Part shown: positions 48,173-64,000 of the stretch, in pieces
How positions within the stretch are numbered: the first letter of the stretch is position 1
Layout of the letters: every line of letters starts with the position of its first letter
Assembly: GCA_964016885.1 (NCBI GenBank)
Contig: OZ024751.1
Coordinates: 5,890,001-5,954,000, forward strand
DNA length: 64,000 nt
From: Eledone cirrhosa
Lineage: Eukaryota
Direction of reading: 5' to 3'
Position numbers and translations under genes: made by a program
The notes under the pieces: model-generated
The model's database searches: none
What the model was told of the DNA's origin: nothing
What the model saw: only the letters and a program-made list of their open reading frames with translations

Positions 48173-49631
48173 CTAATTAAGGAATATTGAATTTCAATGA
48201 CCGATACATCATTATCTGTAGGTATCAAGGTAATGTAAAAAGTGTTACTGTTTTCTAACAGAAAAGTCCCAGTCTTGTAATTCTATGAGAAACGATATGA
48301 GAGCTGGGACAAGGTTGTAAATCCATTTATGGAATAGATAATATTATCTTGTCTCATTCCCGTATTCAACCCTTTTTATACCCATCCGACTCTGGTTCTA
48401 TGAAATAAAGTCACCCATTTTAAAGGTTTCTAATTCGAATTAAAATCTTCCAACATAATTTTATAACATATGTTGAGTTACTATCTTAGAAATGAAATAA
48501 AATATTTTAATAAACCGCTCAAAATTCTTCATTAATTAATTGAAACAGTGTATTTCATTAGTAATGCGGTGTTGAAAGGGTTGAGAGAGATAGGTGGAAT
48601 ATCACATAGTTTTTGTTATGTTATCATGGTCTTGCTAATCTATAATTAAGATACGAAATAATATAGATTATTATATGTTATGTATTAATACAGTAACAAT
48701 CCGGTATAACGAAAGTTACGGGTATAAAAAAATACGTTTTAACGAAACATTCGTTATAACGAGATCGATCGAACCTAATGGAGCATTTGTTTGTTATTAA
48801 CTCGTATTTAGAAATTAAACAATGAATGAAAACATATCAACAATATGATGTATCACGCAATCAAATATAAATATACATTTCAAATATGTTTAAATGTTTC
48901 TTTCATTTGTCATATTATAAATTTGCGCAAAACATTCTCAAAAACTAGTTACTGAATTACAGGAAAAATAAGTTTTCAATATTTAGTCATGTTCTAAGTT
49001 CTAAACTCTTATCTGGTCTATTTTGTGTATCATAATCTGTAACTCCATACAGTAGGTATCAGACAATCACTGTTGTCATTGACATCACTTACATCACACT
49101 TTAGAAATAGTTCAGAGAAAATATTAATTTTAAAATTATTTATTAATAGCCCTAGTAGAAATGAAAATAGCAACAAACAATGGATTACACCACGAAAAAA
49201 TGCCATTTAGAATATCATAATAAGAGATGTCAAAATATTTGTAGAGAAATATATCGTTTTAAGAGCCAAATAAAACGTGATAATTAATACACCACGAAAT
49301 TAATTCCGAATACAATATCTTCTTTTGTCCAAAATATCGATATCCTAAATTGTTTATATTAGAAAGAAATCTATTTATAGCTGTGAACGATGGTTTAAGG
49401 TTTTGAACAACACAATATACAATTTTATCGAAATATTAATTCTAGAATTTGAAAGATACATACATATTAGTTAACATTTATGGAGATTCGGTTACAGATT
49501 TTTATTTCAAAACAAATCTTTTATCTTTAGATTAATGGCGTATTTAAAGAATATTGATGACTTTTTAAAAGATAAATACATTATTTGTCTCTATATTTTT
49601 CATTCAATCTTTCAAAAAGAAATAAGAAATG

Positions 49632-49698
<67 letters not shown>

Positions 49699-49716
49699 AC
49701 CAACACACACACACAC

Positions 49717-49782
<66 letters not shown>

Positions 49783-50391
49783 TATGTATAATAAACTTAA
49801 AACTGGTTAACAAATTCCTAAATGTTTACGTTCCATCTCACACGTTGGAGATATTCAAATATACGTAATGTTGAAATATGAAATATTATTAGGATATTTC
49901 TTTGAATATATTGATATATATATATTTCATGATTTACATATATCTTTTCAGAAAGTTTGATATCTACACACTGCCACAGTTGGGAACTTTAACAGATATT
50001 TCATTATATATGAAGATAGATAGCTAGATCGATAAAATGTGAATGAAAGAGAACTTAGAAATTTTGGAAAGCTCATGCAATTATAACTTGGAGCTACTAA
50101 CTATACTGGTTAAAGAAATGAAAAGCTACGAGGCCAACAAGTTACAAAAGTGCACCAGGAACCAATTATTGTAGCACCCCTTCCCCTCCTACACACACAA
50201 ACACGCACATAGACACGCACATACACAAGCACATATACACAAAAACACACACACACATACATACACACATACACACTCATATACAGACAGAAACAGACAC
50301 ACATAAACACATACACACGCACACACAGACACCTGAACATACAGACACGCAGTCACACAGACGCACACAGACGCACACAGAAAGACATATA

Positions 50392-50457
<66 letters not shown>

Positions 50458-50929
50458 GCACACAATAATCAAAAACACAGGTTCACACAAATACAGACAA
50501 ACACACAGATACACACATACAAACGTACACACACATACATCTATGTATACATATTGATATTTGTATTATGGTTTAGTGATGTGTCCTGTTACGCTGGGGT
50601 TTCATGTATGTACAAACATGATAATCTTGTCTGATACGGCTGTAAATTCATAAGATATAGATTAATTTTCTCTCAGTAAGGGGTAAGGAAATGGAACTGA
50701 TGACGGATTGTAATCCACAAACAACCGCGTAACGTTCTCATGCAGCTACGAAGATAGCTGTGGCATGTATAAATATTAAAATATTTGTATGTTTATTATA
50801 CATAAACTTAACGTATGTTCCATCAGTGCTAAATCTAATAAAACACGCTATGCCAGTACTACTGATAATATATATCGCCTCAACCTGTCGGTTGGAGCAC
50901 GTAATAGAGGAACATACACATATATTTGT

Positions 50930-51026
<97 letters not shown>

Positions 51027-51069
51027 ACTAAATATGAATATGTGTGCCTCAGTGTTTGTGCATATGTGC

Positions 51070-51103
<34 letters not shown>

Positions 51104-51111
<8 letters not shown>

Positions 51112-52295
51112 GTGAGTTTTTTTTACAAAATAAAAAATAACCGGTGTCCTACACGAGTGAAAGTATAAAGTAAAAAAGATGAAATCGAAAATGCAACGTG
51201 AGTCTTATTGTTAAAAATATATATATATTTATTTGGTTCCTTTACCGATTTCGCAGTTCTTCTGCTTTTCAAAAGTAGAGTTGAGATGGGGGGTTTGTGG
51301 TTTTTCTCACATCTGGTTGGTCTCTGAATGTTACTTGTCTCATATGGAAAAAAGTGGCTCGAAATGCCAGGTTTTTAGAGAAGTAATTTGATTGGTTGGT
51401 CAATAATTATAATAAATTTCGCGCCAGTTCGCGTTACAAAGTTTTTCAAACAAAGGGGGGAGGGGAGGGGGACACAGGTTGTCTTTTCATATATGAGTTT
51501 TTGAATTTTTTTTAATTGAATTACTTTTCACCAAGGCTTTTTTAATAATAAACGTAATTTGATTGGTTATAAATGAAATTATGGCTGTCACGTGAACAAG
51601 TTTTCATTCAATTTTCGCGCCCTTATTTGGAAATCTATTCTGTAGCATTTTTAGAGAATTTTATGACAAGCAAAAGATAATGGTCAAGAGAAATTGGATG
51701 GGAGAATTGTTCTGGTTCAGTGAATATGGTTAGTTCGCTGGGGTGTATGTATATTTATTTGTGTGCTTGTATGTGTGTGTGTGTGTGTGTATGTGTGTGT
51801 GTGTGTGTTTGAATTTATTTTTACTTAAAAAAAGGGGCTCACGAAGGCTTTTTTTAAATAAACGTAATTTGATGGGTTATAAATGAAATTATGGCTGTCA
51901 CGTGAATAAGTTTTCATTAAATTTTCGCGCCCTTATTTGGAAATCTATTAATAGATTTCCAAATAAGGGCGAGAAATTTATTATAATTATTGACCAACCA
52001 ATCAAATTACTTCGCTAAAATCCTGGCGTTTCGAGCCACTTTTTTCCATATAAAACAAGTAACATTCAGAGACCAACCAGATGTGAGAAAAACCACAGAC
52101 CCTCCATCTCAACTCTACTTTTGAAAAGCAAAAGAACCGCGAAACCGGTAAAGGAACCAAATAAATATATATTTAAAAAAAAAAAATAAGACTCCAGTTG
52201 CATTTTCGATTTCATCTTTTTTTCTTTATACTTTCACTCGTGTAGGACACCTCGGGTATTTTTCATTTTGTAATAAAAAAAACTCACTGTCTAAT
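51104..52295. mobile_element. Largest family A fold-back element (HHRs 51240-51275 -, 52118-52153 +)
   Basis: Arms 51104-51425 / 51969-52295, internal ~110-bp direct repeat, palindrome 51929-51970, (TA)n flanks. Confidence 0.85.
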
Positions 52296-52297
52296 AC

Positions 52298-52344
<47 letters not shown>

Positions 52345-52376
52345 TATGTGTGCCTCTGTGTTTGTGCATATGTGCT

Positions 52377-52446
<70 letters not shown>

Positions 52447-52523
52447 AAATTTGATTAATTTCAGGATTTACATATATCTCTTCAGAATGTTTATCTCCAC
52501 AGCTGTGTGTGTATGTGTGTGTA

Positions 52524-53380
<857 letters not shown>

Positions 53381-53991
53381 TGGCTGCCAACTTGTTTACT
53401 TGTTTTCGAGTACGGCCACTACTTTATATCCATGTAGGAGAACCCCCACCGACGCGCTGAACGAGTGTGACCTTTTAGTCCAGCCAGCGACAGGAAAACT
53501 CTGGTACAAACATGGTACATGTGATGACAAGTGCAGAGAGATCTCCAGATATAAAGCAATGCCTGTGCCGTGAAGCTTTTATAGTGAGCAAAGTCATTGC
53601 ACAAAGCCAGTCCCACTCTCTTAACCAAGATGATATTTACCAAAAAGAAGAACAAGTCAACATCATTGGATACCATCAGGGTTGCAGGTGTTATATCAGA
53701 GTTTTCTTTCTCCTAGAATTCTGCCTTGACAAAGGCTAAGGGGTCATCTCTCCCATTGATTTTGAATGGCCATTGACTCTTAAGATCTCCTTTGCCCTTT
53801 GACAGGTTTTGTTTTTAGTCCTGCAGGATGTCCAAAGTCACCCTCCTCACCAAGAAACCTTGGTGGGGTTGCCAGTTTAGTCGCCAACGACCCGACCATG
53901 AGACAGGTTGTACTGGGATGCATGTTACCAGTAGCACCAACTATATACACACATATATATATATTACCAGTAGCACCAACTATATATACAC

Positions 53992-54076
<85 letters not shown>

Positions 54077-54091
54077 TATATATACACGTAC

Positions 54092-54210
<119 letters not shown>

Positions 54211-54214
54211 TATG

Positions 54215-54632
54215 CAAAAGTTTTATTTAAAATTGTTGGGTTACAACGAGTAAATATTTTATAACTGATATAAAGCACTCAACAAGTTTTCGAGTAGATA
54301 TACGATATTAAACAAATGGAAACTATATTTATAAAACCATATCTATTTCATTATACATATTTCAGGGATACCATATTAAAAATATGGCATGCCTTCTTCA
54401 GATAAAATACAATATATAAGCAGTTTTATAAATAAATTTGACGTACCATACCAACTTTTTTAAATGGAAGTTGATCAATATTTTATGGTACGTCAAATTT
54501 ATTTATAAAACTGCTTATATGTTGTATTTTATCTGAAGAAGGCATGCCATATTTTTAATATCGTATCCCTAAAATATGTATAATGAAATAGATATGGTTT
54601 TATAAATATAGTTTCCATTTGTTTAATATCGT

Positions 54633-54636
<4 letters not shown>
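54215..54636. mobile_element. Family I fold-back element with HHRs 54348-54405 (-) and 54529-54586 (+, G12A)
   Basis: TTAT-CTGAAGA-AGGCATGCCATATT ttt AATATGGTATCCCT-GAAA-T ATGT A-TA-ATGA, with (TA)n flanks. Confidence 0.8.
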
Positions 54637-54668
<32 letters not shown>

Positions 54669-54874
54669 CGTTTCTGAATTTGTTTAGCAAGATTCTTTAT
54701 CTGAAATCGTGTGTTGAAACCGATATTGTTATACTTTGGGAGGGTCATGTTGCCAATAAGAAACACACACACCCGGATGTGGCGCATGCGCAAACTGAGC
54801 ACGCAACCCACACACAAACAAAATGGCGTAGGATAGAAGAAAGGAAAGACACAGAAACGAAGAACGAAATCCCC

Positions 54875-54919
54875 AGTCACTGAAGAGGTCACAGAGTGTG
54901 TGACGAAAGAACTATGACT
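54875..54919 (+). ncRNA. Minimal hammerhead in family G element 54665-55078
   Basis: AGTCA-CTGAAGA-G-GTCACA gagtg TGTGAC-GAAA-GAAC-TA-TGACT: perfect 5-bp stem I and 6-bp stem II. Confidence 0.8.
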
Positions 54920-55070
54920 ATATATATATAAACAACTATCTGGTTGTGGAACCAACCAACCAACCAGAAATTTATAAATTTGTAAATTTATAAATATTTA
55001 ATAAATTAAATTGAAGTGAAAGCAACTGGTGCGTGTGTTTCTTATTGGCAACATGACCCTCCCAAAGTAT

Positions 55071-58409
<3,339 letters not shown>

Positions 58410-58513
58410 TATATAATAACTTGTGTGTTACACCTCTATTCTTTTAACTATATATATATATATATATATATAAGTATATACTGTATATATATATATATTT
58501 ATATAAGTATATA

Positions 58514-58955
<442 letters not shown>

Positions 58956-58971
58956 ATATATATATATATAC

Positions 58972-59074
<103 letters not shown>

Positions 59075-59086
59075 AGTTGTAATAAA

Positions 59087-59739
59087 ATGAAAACGAAATT
59101 TCATTTCTCACTCTTAGTACGGCACTTACTTAAATGTAAGTATTTATGGATACGTACATACATATATGTGTACAGACGTACAGTAGTATGTATATATATA
59201 TACATACATGCAAACATATATATGTGCACGTATCGGTTTACCGAACATTTATTATAATGTACGTATAATTATTATAATGTATGTATATATATATACATAC
59301 TACTGTACGTCTGTATAGATATATGTATGTACGTATACATACTTATATTTAAGTAACAGCCGTCCTAAGAGTGAGAAATGAAATTTCGTTTCATTTTTTC
59401 CGTTTATCGTTTTCGGTGCCCCGGCCGATTAACTCACTCGATATACAAATTAGGCTGCTCAGCCGTTGATATGCATAAGGAAAGTATATACTTTCAGAAG
59501 TTCAATCATCTGGCAGGAAGGTATACGTTGCTGACGATAGCTAATAGGCTTGAAACTGGTACAGCGTTCATTTGTCAGTGTTGAACAAATGAGCAACGAT
59601 GATTGCTAGACACTGTACAGCTTAATTCGGGATGTTTGTTTACAAACACACCGAGCATTGGAATAAATGTTCGGTGAATCCATACGTACATATATATATA
59701 TGTGTGCATGTATGTATATATATATACATACTACTGTAC

Positions 59740-59743
<4 letters not shown>
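59087..59743 (+). mobile_element. Retrozyme-like element, ~431-bp monomer with inverted 5' piece
   Basis: Direct repeat 59277 / 59708. 59087-59253 is an inverted copy spanning the monomer junction. Contains an HHR. Confidence 0.8.
59526..59566 (+). ncRNA. Minimal type-I hammerhead
   Basis: CGTTG-CTGACGA-T-AGC taatag GCT-T-GAAA-CTGG-TA-CAGCG. Confidence 0.8.
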
Positions 59744-59837
<94 letters not shown>

Positions 59838-60255
59838 GATTAATTATCTCCTCTACCCCGTGTATGTACCTTGGCTTGGTGGGTTACATCCAATATAAAT
59901 CTAAGACTGACCGGCGCATTGAATCTAGGGGCAACCAGGGATTGAGTATAGCCTTTCCTGTCTTATTAAATCCTGTGCTGCTTCAGTTTTGATACTTCTC
60001 GACTTTATCATTAATTTCACTAGTATGGATAACTAGGAATATATGGCATATATTACGACATCGACTGGCGGTTAATACCCTTCTAGCTGCGCTCGGGGCA
60101 CTTGGGTCTGTCCACCTCCTTGAGTGCTTTGGAATAAATTAAAGTTTCCTTTTCTACGGTTTACCGTAACACTTGGACTGGTCGGTTGGCCTTTGGGTCC
60201 TGGGTGTATTGGGGGGTCGCAATTTTCAGTTGTTGTTAACCGCCATACCATACTA

Positions 60256-60600
60256 CGTATGCCCCGTGGTGCTGTAACCGTGTATTGGAGGGAACACCCT
60301 ACAAATAAAGATATTTATGGCAATATACCACCTATCAGCAGGTCAATACGTGGACAGAGACTCAGATTTGCTGGCCACTGTTGACGCAGCAAGGAAGATA
60401 TAGCAGGTGATGTGTTGTTACGAAGTCCATCTCATGGAGCAAGAAACGCTGGTCCTCCTAAGAAGACATACGTCAAGCAACTTGAGGACGATACTGGATG
60501 CACTGCGGAAGAACTGGCAAACGCTATGAGAGACAGAGATGGATTGAGGAAACGTGTCTTAGAAAGCCCAACAAGCTCGACCTGATGATGATGATGATGT
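60256..60600 (+). mobile_element. 5'-truncated RTE/RTE-X-like LINE with (TGA)n tail and 10-bp TSD
   Basis: RMPRGAVTVYWREHPTN..RLRFAGHC..TYVKQL..AMRDRD. TSD TACCATACTA at 60246-60255 and 60601-60610. Confidence 0.85.
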
Positions 60601-61328
60601 TACCATACTAATACTATAGTATAGTGCGAGACTCACACTCCATAGGAATATAACATTGAATTACGAGAGGAACCCAAAGTCAAGCATAACTAACATTATG
60701 TTATTTGTTTATTAGGTCTCTGATTTACAGAACTCTATCATTAGAATCATTAACGTAACAAGTCTTTCTAATTGGTGATTGCCTAGCATACGGTACTTCA
60801 CCGACCAACTCTACTTACTTAATTAAATGTTAAACATCTTAATTTTCAATTCCTAAAATAAACCCTGACTTTCACTTCTAAACAATTTAAACCTGTAATT
60901 TCTTTTAAGCTCCGAATTTTTCTCTACTTTAAATGTTCCAAAATTCGCCCCGTCTAATGTATACTTTCTATGAGTGTCTAGACCTTAACCAATTAATCTC
61001 CCAGGCAGATTACCATTCTTTTTAACACGGTATTCTTCATCCCTCCCCCTTTTCTGGCCTGCAGTCCGAAGGTTGTCAGAATTGAGAGGTATTAGTGATT
61101 CGCCCAGTAAGCTATACGTCCCCTACCCGCTTAGCAAACTATCCGAAAGGATCTGTTAAAGATAATTCAGTCAGAGATGACGGGGCATTATGACAACATG
61201 GTGCTTTCTTTGTCTCTGGGTCAAAAAGATAAACACATTTTTTCTACTCTGTTTCTTTGCTTGTTTCCTTAAAGCTTCTTGGAATGGGTTTACCATCATT
61301 CCGTTGTTATACATCTATTACGCAATTT

Positions 61329-61386
61329 ACACCTGAAGATGTCACCGGATTCTTAGGCAACCTGACCACTGTAATGTGCATAGTGT
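61329..61386 (+). ncRNA. Degenerate hammerhead upstream of the PLE ORF
   Basis: ACAC-CTGAAGA-T-GTCACCGGATTC...T-GTAA-T GTGC A-TA-GTGT (A13 mutated). Homologous to the 18462 HHR. Confidence 0.65.
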
Positions 61387-61764
61387 TTGCAGAAATAAAT
61401 AATCAAGTAAATTCAACATATTTGACCTCCTGTCATTTTAATATATATATAGCCCCATATTTACACACACACCCCACACACACACGCACACACGCACGCA
61501 AACACACACACGCTTACACCTCCACTTATTCTCTCTCACACACACACATACACACACAAAGACCAGTTCTAACACGAGATAAAATCTATCCTCCACATTT
61601 ACGTATAGACATATCTTCTCGAAAATTAAGGACATTTAAATAAATCTAAGGTAAAAGACTAATTGTCAACAATATCTTTTGCATTTGCATTCTTTATTCT
61701 ATGTCCATACCTGCATTGTTTTGGCTTTATTATACATATACAAACGTTTATACCTCATTACACA

Positions 61765-64000
61765 ATGCTTCAAGTGAACTATAACCTCCTCCTTTCCTTA
61801 CGTCTGAGCCAGGCCCAGTTCACAACTGTAAAGAAACTCTTCCAGCTATCTGAAAAGTCCGCCAAAGCCGGCTACCAAATAAACTTCCTAAAACGATGCC
61901 TGAATAACAACATCATCCCCCAAACTATCAAAAACTTGCACCTACCAACATGCTTCAAATCACCAGGCTTCAAACGATCACTTAGTTACATACAAAAATT
62001 CTGCCTAAGAAAACTCATACAACACCTACACCGCACGCTACAACACATACGGACTATTTCCAGCCTTGTACCACAACTCGCTGAAACCCCAGAACCTCTG
62101 TCCAGAGTTATCTCCCCCGCTATAGACAGGTCATACGACCATCGCCGAGACTACGAGAAAATACGCCTAACGCAAACATTTCTCAAACTCAGCACGGCTA
62201 ACCGTCTTAACAACATCCCAACTCTAAGCACCAACAGAGGCGAACAAGACGGTACCAACATCGAACCTAGCGGCGCCCCGACCAACAACACACCTGACGC
62301 AAAACACCTCGTCACAGACTTGACAGGATCCCTCTCCCGAGAGGAATTAGACCTCCTCAGCCTGGGTCCCTAGTTCATATTAAAACAGAGACTGGACGAC
62401 AAAATGCTCGACATAGAAACGAATTTCTGTCGGGCTGCCTACCAACTAAAATGGATATCGACTCTCGGCAACAACACCACGGAATCTAACAAACCCAGAT
62501 TCCCGATATACCAACTGGATCGCCCACTCTCTCCACCGCCTGCCAACCGCGAGCTTGAAGAAAAACTCTGGAGGCTAAAACATTCCGTATTTAACATCTT
62601 ACAGAAACAGAAGATAGCCCCAAACCTCTCCAGGACACAACAACTCTCGCCCTGAAGAACCTACGGAATAGGGAACTTATATACTTACCATCCGACAAAG
62701 GTAAAGAGTTTTGCGTCATCTCTCAAGCCACATACAACAACCTAGCCTTTGAACACCTAAGCGACAATGAATTATATACAGAGATCCCGGACATGACTGC
62801 AGCCCAGATCGAAAAACAGACCAACTCCATCTGGTTCGATATATGTAGGAGAAGACAACTCCCAAATAAAGTTAAGTTCAACTACACCACTAGAAATAGC
62901 AGACTGCCCACTTTATACCACATCATCAAGACCCACAAGAATAGTACTAAGACGCAAATAAGACCCATCGTCTCTAGTATAGAAGGACCCCTATACAAAA
63001 TTTCCTGGCTCCTCTCCCAGGTCCTCAAGCCTCTACTCTCCACCTTTCCCGGGCATGTCAGTAGCTCCGACGAAGTTATACGTAGACTACACCAACTCAA
63101 GCCAGAACAACTTAAACTAAATAGATACGCCTTTAGCCTCGACGTTGTCTCCCTCTACACTACAGTCTCCGCTCATCCAGCTGTCGATTTATTGACGGAC
63201 TGCGTGGTCGAAGAGGACATCCATTGCTACGGCCTCCATCCGACGGACATACACCAGCTTTTGTCCTTCACAGTAGACAACACGTACTTCACCTTCCACC
63301 ACCACACATACAGACAGACAACAGGATTACCCATGGGATCCAGCCTATCGGGCCTGCTGGCCATCACCTATATGAACCAGCTAGAATGCAGAGCCCTCAA
63401 CACTTTCCATTGCCATACCTTCTTCACCCGATATGTAGATGATATACTCATCCTTACATCATCCCGCGAGGAGGCAGATAAAATATACACAACATTCTCC
63501 AACATGGACGCCAGTATAAAGTTCAGCATGGATAACTCCGATGACCGCGGACCCCTATCCCTACTGGACTTCCAACTCAGGGTAACAGAGGAAGGCAACA
63601 TCCACACCTGCTTCTATAAAAAAGCCGCCAGCAGGGACCTGTTCGTACATTTCAGATCGGCCCTCCCAGCCGGCGCTAAGTTCGGATACATAAGGAACGA
63701 ACTACATGTATCCGGAACAAATGCACCGACGCTAGAGACCGAGACACACACACCGCACATTTCCTGGAAGTACTCAAACTGAACGGATACACGACATCCA
63801 CCACAAACCGTGCCAGAAAGAACAGAGGACACCACACCCGAGGCACTAACACTTGCTTCCTGAAGCTCCCACACTTCAGTGAGGAAACAACAACAGCCAT
63901 CCGCAAAGCTATCAGACGAGAGGGACTAGATATCTAACTGGCCCACTCAGGTCCTTCTCTACGCGGACAGCTAACCAAAAGACACTCCACCAGACATGAC
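61765..64000 (+). pseudogene. Penelope-like element RT ORF (runs off the window)
   Basis: FLKRC..IP, LLSLGP*F, PSDKGKEFCV, PTLYHIIKTHK..IRPIVS, SLDVVSLYT, YRQTTGLPMGS, RYVDD, LLDF, HFRSALP. One stop and ~2 frameshifts, plus a stop near the window edge. Confidence 0.9.

Overview
Eukaryotic, AT-rich, microsatellite-dense DNA that looks intergenic or intronic. The SINE types and repeat landscape suggest a cephalopod, probably octopus (inference). No host protein-coding gene can be supported, and most ORFs in the track are (TA)n/(CA)n artefacts. Recognisable transposons are: a near-intact Tx1/L1-clade LINE (10.45-16.5 kb) sitting in the (TTA)n tail of a truncated sibling, a decayed autonomous Helitron (31.9-37.2 kb) plus non-autonomous relatives, two RTE-clade fragments, tRNA-derived SINEs, and several Penelope-like retroelements (PLEs: Naiad-type, Neptune-type and a third type at 61.8-64 kb). 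The most striking hidden layer is about 30 type-I hammerhead ribozyme (HHR) motifs, found by eye, many of them degenerate, from at least 11 distinct repeat families. They sit mostly in non-coding fold-back or tandem (retrozyme-like) elements embedded in (TA)n tracts. Several families use a U3-A8 covariant core or a U10.1-U11.1 mismatch. A 2.26-kb non-coding element shares its HHR and a second structured RNA motif with the ORF-bearing PLE at 61-64 kb. A 557-bp circularly permuted element has the same architecture but no recognisable hammerhead. Coordinates were read by eye and may be off by a few bases; no folding or database search was run.
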